From: Octopus bimaculoides
Lineage: Eukaryota
Length of the DNA: 34,406 nucleotides
Direction of reading: 5' to 3'
Assembly (NCBI RefSeq): GCF_001194135.2
Contig: NC_068982.1
Location: 25,582,554 to 25,616,959, forward strand
Both the position numbers and the translations under genes were made by a program. Position 1 is the stretch's first letter; every line of letters starts with the position of its first letter. The notes under the pieces were generated by a model. It saw only the letters and a program-made list of their open reading frames with translations. It was not told where the DNA came from and made no database searches. Shown here in pieces: positions 24,767 through 34,406 of the stretch.

Positions 24767-24813
<47 letters not shown>

Positions 24814-24959
24814 GTAACAGAAAGGGAGGAACTTCGATTATCCCCACCTGGTGAGTTGTAATAAAATTAAAGAAGGAAAATGCACACATTTTACATAGTC
24901 TTAATATATTTTTTAATATATCTTATATTGTGTTTGTCTAAAACACTAAGGACAACAAA

Positions 24960-25577
24960 ACATAACACGACACCTCATCTCAAAACGCTACTTTATATAT
25001 CAACTCACATCTCTAGAAACAACGAGGCATAAACACTATTGTGCAAAATCTCCCTTTCGTAACTAGAGACCCAAAAATGAACAACATCCGGAAAGCGCAT
25101 AAATTCATCAAATGCAAAAAGCAACACAAATCACTAAAGAGACTTCTAACAAATGCGAAGCTTTAACAACAACCACGAAACCAACGGTTAAACAATGTGA
25201 ACATGCCCCAACCTACTTGAAGTCTCAGATTTCCTTTTCAGACAAGGAGAGAGGTTCACACTTAAAACCAACTTCACTTGTGCCTCTGAGAACCTAATTT
25301 ATGTAAACCTGCTCGGATTGTGGACCTAACAATTATAGGACAGATGAGTATGACATTGAGACGGAGAACCACTCTACATAAAGAGAATATTCGGTTCCCG
25401 CAATACAGACAGATTCCTTTAAGTGAACACATAGAAAGATCTGCAGGTAACATCAAACCAAATTTTACAGTTTTCCCCTTTTACCAGTGCAAAGGTACAA
25501 TTTCTTCACAAGAAAGTTTAAATAAAGAAAATTTATTCATTGAAAAATACAGAACACATCTGAATATGCACGCATAA
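24960..25577 (+). mobile_element. Penelope-like element (Neptune-like) RT-linker and GIY-YIG endonuclease remnant
   Basis: Frameshifted translation HKSLKRLLTNAKL...NFTCASENLIYV-TCSDCG-NN-IGQMSMTLRRRTTLHKENIRFPQYRQIPLSEHI...KENLFIEKYRTHLN. This fits the C-S-N-IY..C..C...YIG....L..R...H GIY-YIG pattern of PLEs. Confidence 0.85.
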
Positions 25578-25917
25578 CCAACTTTGATCTCTATACATAT
25601 TTTAATTCACGATTACATATCTATCACTGTACATATTTCTCCCCACTAGTCTAGTTTTTGAATTTTTGTTTATATATATATATATATATATATNNNNNNN
25701 NNNNNNNNNNNNNNNNNNNNNNNNNNNNNNNNNNNNNNNNNNNNNNNNNNNNNNNNNNNNNNNNNNNNNNNNNCATGTATTTTCCAAGTTTCTGGCAGTG
25801 TTAATTGCATCATGGTGCTGTTTTTCGCACAGATAGAGTCCAGATGACCCTACTATACTGTGCAGTCGACAAAATCAAGAACAATGCGCAGAACCGAAAT
25901 TAAAATTATAAAATTGC

Positions 25918-25958
<41 letters not shown>

Positions 25959-27444
25959 TATATACGTGTGTATATGAGAGTATGTTGTATTTAATATTTG
26001 TTTTTGTGCCCTTAAGCATAAAAACTGTCTAACATCAATTGTATGTACATAAATTGATATTCATACAAACACACATTTGTGAGAGTGATGCGTGTATAAT
26101 AGAATTCGTTTTGCCTAAAGTCAAGTAAAACTAAATTTTATAATTTGACTCTACTTTTAGAATTACATTCTCCTATCAATAAATATTATATTGGTATTCT
26201 TAAAATGTTGCGAAAAATAATAGCAACAACAATAAGTCATTTTTTTATAGAAAATGAGTCACGCTTCCAACGAGAATAGAAATTTTATAGTCATAGAAAC
26301 TGATAATTCGTTCATTTTATCAATTTGAAAATGAAACTAAATAGATATTTTTAGGAATGTTTCTTTCTTAATTATTTTCTTATTACCTCAACTGAACGTA
26401 AATATTTAAACACCAAAAATCAAATTTCACTGAAAGTGTATTTTTTCTTTTCATAGTTAAATACCAAGTCATTTGAGCTGACTGAGGTGGCGAGATGCGA
26501 CTGCATGCTGTTCATTCATCTCTCATTGCCAGTTATGGTGTATAAGATGTATACTGTTTTCTCTCTGAAATTAAAATGTTCTCGCAGATTCGGTTATACA
26601 ATTCTCTTGTTCGTTTGCTGCAGGCTTTGATAGAATTGTATATTTCTACCACTAAATAATGATGTTTAACATAGCAGTTTATCACCAAAAATATTACTAC
26701 CGCCTCGGACAGTAGTTTTAAAGTTAATTTCTTTTTCCTGAAAATTTACGTCGAAGATTAATTGGTTGTGAAGAATATTTCTGTAAATCATCGGCTAAAC
26801 TGCTACTTAATAATTATCTGAGGTATTTATTATGAGGCATGTTATACTGATTCATCTTTCAACAGGATATGAGAGATTTAATTATTCGTGGACACGTTCA
26901 TTCTATAAATACTTTTCATCACATATTCCTGCAGCAACAAAAACGTTAACATCACAGTTGCTACTGGTGACAATGGCGTTGCTTATTTCAGTGACTAAGT
27001 GGTGGAGACATTGAACATGATACATTTTACAACATAATGATGTAGGCGAGTGTTAATATCTTTCAATATGATGGCAGAGAAGAGTGAGCTGTGTGTGGAG
27101 GTTGAGATAATTTGAGGATTATCAGTTTCGATGTGCGACATTTGTAGATAGGCAAGTGTTAGTGATGTTATTGATAAATATACATTCATGGCATATTGCA
27201 TACAGCGTGTATACGGATAGCAACTAAATATATTTCTAACATTGAACAGGGCCACGCATCACATCATGGGGGAGGGTGAAAGATAAGCGTGTATTAAAGC
27301 GATCGCAGTACTTTATTGATGCTATATTTACTATCCCAAGAAAAAGTCGAAGACTATTTCTACAGAACAGAAGCGCCAAATTTACCCTGCAAGTATCTGC
27401 TCTTCAAGACAATAATAATATTTGTCCTCGTTCAATTCAAAGAA

Positions 27445-27530
27445 TTGGTAGGGAGTGAGACAGTGCGCTGAAGCATCTGTTCTGGCTCCATGAAGTCTGA
27501 GTTCAAATCCCACCTTGATCAAATTTGTAT
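27445..27530 (+). mobile_element. Degenerate 5' SINE fragment (tRNA-like head)
   Basis: Contains gtctgagttcaaatcccacc, a box B context matching ttctgagttcaaattccgcc in the intact SINE. Confidence 0.5.
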
Positions 27531-28065
27531 TTCAGATTTCTGAAATCAATTAATAAACTACGGATCTAACATATTAAGCAGAACTTTTAGAAATTCAGAC
27601 GAGATACTTTGCAGTATCTCTTCCGGAATTTACCTTATGAGTGAAAACTCTTTTGAACCAATAACCAGATATACAAAAACAACCACGATACTACATTTGA
27701 TTATTAATTATGAGAGAGGCCCACAATGGAGGATTGATTTCACACCTCGGGTGGTGCTGCTGCATCACACGCGAATAACCTAGACAATATGCAGAAAAGA
27801 ACCACTCAGTAGATTGTCATTCACATATGCTCACAACTCTCTCACATGTAAGCTTCTCTTGCCCAAAAGCACATTGTCTCCTCTCTGATGTACTTACAGC
27901 CACAATCTTTGTGAGTACTCTTTGGAGCAGGCTTTGCTCATGTCACTTCCTCTCAATCATTACTGATCCGCCTCTTTCTCTTCTTCCTCATCTACTTGTT
28001 GTGTCCTCCTTTGAACACCACTCTAATTCATATATGAAATGTATGCTTCTTAGAACGTTGACCCT

Positions 28066-28153
28066 TCTTGAGATTTGCAAGTCAACATCTGCATGAAATA
28101 CCTAAGTAAGAACTTAAGTCTTTCATGCAGACGTTGACTTGGAAATCTCAAGA
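28066..28153. repeat. 88-nt near-perfect palindrome/hairpin
   Basis: 42-nt arms with 4 mismatches around an AAGA loop. Confidence 0.9.
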
Positions 28154-28902
28154 GTAACATTAAGTGTTTCAAACTCACCGATCACTCAAGTACGAGAAAC
28201 CGAAAAGAAATACCCCTAAATTACACCTTAATGTCTTCAAAATGGACGCTTAGACAATGTAGATCTAGATGATCCGAAACAGGCAGAACGTGCTTGTTCA
28301 TTGGTCAACGCTTTCAAGACTAACTTGTTCTACCTCTTACTATCCAATCAAAAATCTTAATATCTAATATGAAAACAACTCCAATGAAAACCTTATCTAA
28401 TGTGATTTCCTAAGAAGATAATATTTTATATGAGCAGAGATTTATTGCAAGATTTGTAAAACTGTTCTGGGGAACCCATATATATCCTATGCCTCGTTGT
28501 TTGGGTTGTTTAGCTCTATGTTTATCCTGGTTGACAAGAACTATGATCAAAAGGTGTTCTATCGTCTCTTTTTTTTTTTTGTATTTTAAACATTTTTTCT
28601 ATGATTATTAGACGAGATTTCAGAAGAGAGATTATCTGCCATTTCCTACAAGACACGCCGCAACACAGGGGCTTACGTATTGGTTCTAACCTTATAAACA
28701 AAGAGTTGAAATTTGAGGAAATTCATTGTCTGTGTCAGCGCACAAAATTGTTCGATTTGCATTTGCTTTTGTTGTTTTGTTTTTCCCGCTTCGACGTAAT
28801 GTCTTCTGACAGCAGGAGTTATGTAATTTCACAAACCTCACTTTTACTACAAATACTATAGGTTCTTATAGCGTGTTTGTTATAGATATTTGAATAAATT
28901 AC

Positions 28903-28993
28903 CTCAGATGATAGAGAACTGGCTTAGTGTATGAGCAAAAATCGGGATCAATAATCCTGCGCAGATCAAATTTGCTGTTCAGTCTTCCGGATT
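28903..28993 (-). CDS. Candidate 91-nt exon, SGRLNSKFDLRRIIDPDFCSYTKPVLYHL
   Basis: Acceptor attttattttgtag| and donor GAG|gtaatt; only one open frame; GC above flanks. Product not recognised. Confidence 0.35.
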
Positions 28994-31081
28994 CTACAAA
29001 ATAAAATGCCAGTCAGGTATAGGAGTCGATATAATTGACTTTTATTTTTTCGGCCAAGTATCTATTTAAGTAATCAATCCTGCATGTTATTATCGTGTGA
29101 ATATATGTTTGTTCCGGATTTCCATTGGCTATTTGTAATATTATTATACACAAGGAAAAATACCAATAATTACATTTCTTTTTTTTTTTTTTTTTTCGTT
29201 TACACTGCATATTATTCTTATTTCTAAATTTTCATATTGACTGTATGAATGAAGAGCAATTTTCTTCCTTGTATTTTACTTGTAATTGCTATTAGCTCAG
29301 TATTGGTTTGGAAACATTCTTGTTCTTGTTTTTCTTGTCACTGTTGGATTGTTCTTGTTATCTCTTTGCACATTTGTGAATGTTAATATCAAATATTGTT
29401 TTCAATATTTGTGAGACATTCAACATTGTTGCTGGCTTCGTAGATGCTAAAATGTAATAACAGAGTGGAATGGAATAAAAGAAGAAAGAGGGGAAAGAAT
29501 GATAGAAAAGGCATGAGAAATAGCGACAGTAAAGAAGGAAAAAGAAATAGTGAAGAAAGGAAACCAAAAAATAAGCAGGAAAGATAAAGTATGAAAAGGA
29601 GAACAAAGGACTGAATGAATTAATGCGCCGTAAATTTTAAAAATGAAATTACTTAAATAAATAAATAATGAAGGGGAAAACAAGAAAGTTGTTGGTGTTT
29701 TATTTGCCACGGCTTCAGAAGGAGACATTTGCTCTATAAAAATATGGAAGATATGAATCAGGACAAAGTAGAATGGGAAATGAATAGACAAATTGTGAGA
29801 AATGAGTGGATACTAGAAGTAGATGAGGTAGGTTAACACAGAAACCAAACAGAAAAGAACATAGGAAGAGACGATAGAAAGAAATAAGGAGATGAGGAAT
29901 TGATCAATAAGTTATTTAGCAAGCCAACAACACACAGGCGTAGTTGCTACAAATATAACATATAAGTACAATGTTATCGATCTCTGAACGTTCAATTTGG
30001 CTACCATTGTAACGTTGAGAGATGTTGAATGGGACAGAGAAGAAGAAGTCAAAACAAATAAACAAAAATTAAAAGCGAGGACTTCATAACATTAAATTCA
30101 CGAACTGAACTGAATCATATTAAAGAAATCAATGTTGATAAGCAAATAACAAATACGTATACACATAATGTTGTAAAACATTCATGGATTCCTTTTATAA
30201 AAGACAGACTGTCGTTGGCACCACTCGCAAAATTATGTAAAATGGTAAAAAGTATATATACGAACGTGTATTTCTAACAAAATTAAACTTTCGAGCTGCA
30301 GTCAGGTTTTCAGAAACAATTGTGTCTCGGCAAAAATGTTTATAAAGTAAACTGTATGAGATTCTTTTTGCCTCCATTATAGATCGTCTGAGTGCGCAGT
30401 TCCTGTACACATTCATATATGCGTGTGCGCGTGCGCGCGTTTTTGTGTTTAAAGTGAAAGCAATTTTAATTATAAAAAAATACATGCACAAGATATTCCT
30501 AAAAGAGTTATACGCATATTGAATCATTATTAAAACGCATTTCGTTTTCAAAAATTAATAGAATCTCGAAACAATGTTTAATTTATATACACCTACTTGT
30601 TCCTGCGTCTGTCGGTTTTGTCCGCGTGTACGGTAAAGGGTGTAATTACTCTAATGGAGAAATAGCAAGAGAGGGAACAGGAACATAGGAATACAAAGGC
30701 AGAAACGGAAATATTAGACTCAGTTTTAAAATAGAAAGAGAAAACACGAGAGAGGGGGTTGACAAAGTTTATTTTATTCTATATGAGTGTGTTTAAATTG
30801 CAGGCAAAATTGAAATGTTTAGTATAATGAAATAATGTCATGAATATCTATAAAGTAATGCGGTAAAAGATATATCGAGCAAATAGCTGTGGATGTTACA
30901 CTTTTATCGTTACGAGTTCTAAGTCAAAGGCTGTGGTCATGCTAGAGCACTGGCATTATTCCTTTTGCTTTTGTTTCTTCTTATGTTATTAGTTTTATAT
31001 ACTTATCGATATCATGAGAGGAATCATGTACATATATCGCCAGAAGAGAAAGTATATATAATTGTTAACTAGGTAGGTAGG

Positions 31082-31137
<56 letters not shown>

Positions 31138-31658
31138 CAGATAGAGAGAGAGAGAGATAGATACTTAGATTTTTTAAGTGCATCTAGAGATACACGAATA
31201 GATATGCAGATAGAGAGATATATCAATACATATGTACAAATAAATATATAACTGAAATGAAATATATTTAAAAGTACGGTTTTGATTAAGTGGCACCGTT
31301 TCAAAACATTTTTATAAAATTTCTTGCATATGTTTAATATATTAACATAATGGAATTCTCACGTGACTTACTACTTATATATGAACGACGCTTCTCAAAA
31401 TGATGACTCTTCAGGACCAGCAATATAAGGCAATGGAATTGCGAACATCAAAATGAACTCCATTCAGTATTTGTGGCTCATACTCGTATCTCAATTCTTT
31501 TACTGTTACCAGTTTTGTACCAAAGACTTTGACTCTTATGTTTCCTTATAAACATAAAAATTGATGTGAGAATATTTGATTATGAAATTCTTATTTCATG
31601 ACACGCCGCTAGTTGCTCATATTTTCAGGTCTCAGGTAATATTTTCCAATATTCTTAC

Positions 31659-31789
31659 CTATTAGTTGGACCTCGGTGATATGCGCGATATTCCGAAACG
31701 TTCCTTGTGAATATTCTAAGCATTACATCTGCTTCACCTTCCCTTCGAGTGATGATAAACTGTGTAGGTTCATCTGTTTCGCACTCCCT
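31659..31789 (-). CDS. Candidate 131-nt exon, RECETDEPTQFIITRREGEADVMLRIFTRNVSEYRAYHRGPTNR
   Basis: Long polypyrimidine tract plus ttaag| acceptor and AG|gtaaga donor; one open frame; GC-richer than flanks. Could also be a UTR or lncRNA exon. Confidence 0.4.
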
Positions 31790-32214
31790 CTTAAGAGAGA
31801 GAGAGGGGGGAGGAAGAAAAGAATAGAGAAAGAGAGAGAAAAAGTACAAAGAAAGGAGGATTGAGATGAATAAATATATTTCCCCAGTTGATATCCATAA
31901 GACTACGATCGTTTCGCAGCTAACATCAAGGGAAATAATTTATTTTATAATAATATATCTTATGATACTTAATGATTGCCTAACGAGGTTGTTGTCTAAC
32001 ATCCCTGTTGTCAATGGCAAAAATCGGATATCGACACTGTCTACATATGCATTTGATTCGGTACGTTAACACAGTTGATTCTAATGTTACACCTTCATGT
32101 TAATGTAAGTAAATAATTGGTGTCTAATCGATACAAACGTGTATGTAAATTAACGCGCAAGAACACAAGCATCAATTTAATGCGCACAAACACACATAAA
32201 TATGTATGTGTATA

Positions 32215-32367
<153 letters not shown>

Positions 32368-32588
32368 GCGTGATAAGTGAATCGCGATATAGCGAGTGAT
32401 TACATATATATGTACATATATGGGAATGATCGTGTGAGAGTCTGCAAGCGAGATTGGAGATAAATAGAGATATGTATATGTGTATGTGTATGTATCTGAG
32501 TAGGACTATTTATGAGCACATGCTTCGATGTATGTATGTACAAGTAAAAGTGGTAGGTCTATTCACCTATCTATATGTACTACTGCTG

Positions 32589-32848
32589 ATATACGAAGTT
32601 CCCTGTCTTATCGTTAAAGGCACGAAACTGGCTGTTAGTATTTTTTTTATCAATAACTGATGAAGGATTAGGGTCCTTCTGTGTCTGTTGTATGTGTACG
32701 TCTTGCATTATTTAATGCATTTTTCATTTACTGAGTAATTGAAAGCCACGCATCCCGAGTTTTGGTAACAGTAAGTTTAAGAGTTCTCATGGTAATGGCG
32801 CAAAACCACTATGATACTTTATTTGGTAACAGTAAGGTTTTTTGCGAC

Positions 32849-32884
<36 letters not shown>

Positions 32885-32979
32885 GTCCTAATATTCCTTT
32901 TCTAGCATCCCTACTTCCTCTCTCTCGTCTTCTCATACCTAATTGTAGATTTCTCCCTTCCTGCCGCTTTCTCTCTCTG

Positions 32980-33026
<47 letters not shown>

Positions 33027-33370
33027 GCTCTTCTCTCTCCTTCCTTTCTATATGTTGTCCACATGAGACCCGTGATTGATTTTCTTCTCTCTGCCTTTTC
33101 GCCAAATAAAAACCGAAAGTCTTTATTTATTGCCTTCGTCTATCGTTTCAAATTAAATTGCTTACTTTCGTACGTCCACTCTGTATTCTTTTGTTTGCTC
33201 TAATTCTACACAAATATTACGGGTGTCGCCAATATACGAAGTTTCCAGTCTTATCTTTAAAGGCACGAAATTGGGTATTAGCATTATTGGTCGTTAACTG
33301 AGGAAGAATAATGGTCCTCTGTGTCTGTTCTACGTGTACGCTTTGTAATATTTAATGCACTTTTCATTTA
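32589..33370 (+). repeat. Diverged ~140-nt direct repeat (32589-32730 and 33232-33370) flanking a (CT)n-rich spacer
   Basis: Shared blocks atatacgaagtt, gtcttatc.ttaaaggcacgaaa.tgg, actga.gaag, gtcct.ctgtgtctgtt and tttaatgca.ttttcattta. Confidence 0.85.
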
Positions 33371-33632
33371 TATATATAAACAAAAAATGGAGAAATATTG
33401 ATCTACAGCAATTGACTTACATCAGTTATTGTTTTAATACAAATGGACTGCATCCTATCTAACAGCTGTTTCTGCTTCCAATGTTATATGGTTTTGCCAT
33501 TGATATTCTACAAATAATATCATATTTGGTTATAAATCCAATCAGGAGCATGGAGCTTCATCAGAGTAAAGATAAATACATACATAAGAGAAAAGAAAAA
33601 AGAAGAGCCTAGAGAGGAGAAGGAAAGGCTTA

Positions 33633-33691
<59 letters not shown>

Positions 33692-34145
33692 CATTCACAG
33701 ATGCATGCGTAGACACACAGAGAAACAGAGTGCATGATTAATAATTCCTTACACATGTAAAGAGATATTTACTAAAGTTAGAATAGACAGCGGAAAACCA
33801 GTTTCATGGAAGTAATTATGAGTATCGTCCATAGTTTGTAATTTTGCATTTTATTAATATAATTATTTCAGAAATCACACTGCGAAATACAGTTGTAAAA
33901 TTCCCTACACTAAAAGCACGAATTAGCAATTTCAGCTAGAATTAAATTACTAACCTTGCACTTCCGTATCCGTGTGACCATTCAATTGATGAATAGTGCA
34001 TTTGCGAGTTTTCTATTCGAAATATGTAATAAAATGTTATAAAGCAAAATGGATGCTTAAAGCGAAATTCATTCACTACAAATTATTGTCTGCGCTAGCA
34101 CAGCTGGCTCGTTAGAGCTTACCGCTGTGCGAGTCACAGAGAAAC

Positions 34146-34164
34146 ATAGATAGATCGATAGATC

Positions 34165-34213
<49 letters not shown>

Positions 34214-34406
34214 GTTTCTTTATTAGCCACACAGGGCTCAACACAGAGGGGACAAAATACAAATGTAGAGTTTTTTTCTTTTCGAGGGGGGGGCGAAAAC
34301 AAAGCAGAAAAAAACAAAAGTGGGGACAACGATGAAAAAAAAACATCGCAAAACGTTTGGGGTATTTACAAAAAATACGAAATAATACAGAAAATTCCCA
34401 ATAAAT
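34146..34406 (-). mobile_element. Probable 3' end of a non-LTR retrotransposon with a (TATC)n tail; runs off the window
   Basis: On the minus strand a pyrimidine-rich UTR-like tract ends in ...gtgtggctAATAAAgaaacc (AATAAA at 34219-34224), followed directly by (TATC)n at 34146-34212. Family undetermined. Confidence 0.55.

Noticed and set aside
26935-26990. Possible + strand exon NKNVNITVATGDNGVAYF (alpha-2-macroglobulin-like look)
   Set aside because: Weak donor, very short and no partner exons.
33421-33507. Minus-strand segment with good splice sites containing GAAACAGCTGT
   Set aside because: Stops in all three frames, and no CYGATGA core upstream of the palindrome.

Overview
AT-rich eukaryotic genomic scaffold with six N gaps and dense (TA)n/(CA)n/(GA)n/(AAT)n/(GATA)n microsatellites. 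The SINE family and repeat landscape point to an octopus/cephalopod genome (my recognition from memory, not a database result). Most ORFs in the supplied track are microsatellite or gap artefacts. Well-supported content is transposon-derived: two back-to-back Tc1 remnants (one with a frame-restoring GT-AG intron), a mariner 3' fragment, a hAT-type MITE with TIRs and an 8-bp TSD, a full-length tRNA-derived SINE with a perfect 13-bp TSD plus two SINE fragments, two Penelope-like (PLE) GIY-YIG endonuclease remnants and a probable LINE 3' end. The most interesting signal is two copies of a minimal type I hammerhead-ribozyme-like motif (1503-1551, 15340-15387). Both share the non-canonical core CCGAUGA and have a palindromic stem III, and one sits in an inverted-repeat, PLE-like unit. 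One probable host coding exon of unknown function lies at 13264-13731 (+). Several weaker minus-strand exon candidates are listed but do not form a certain gene model. No rRNA, true tRNA or CRISPR was seen.
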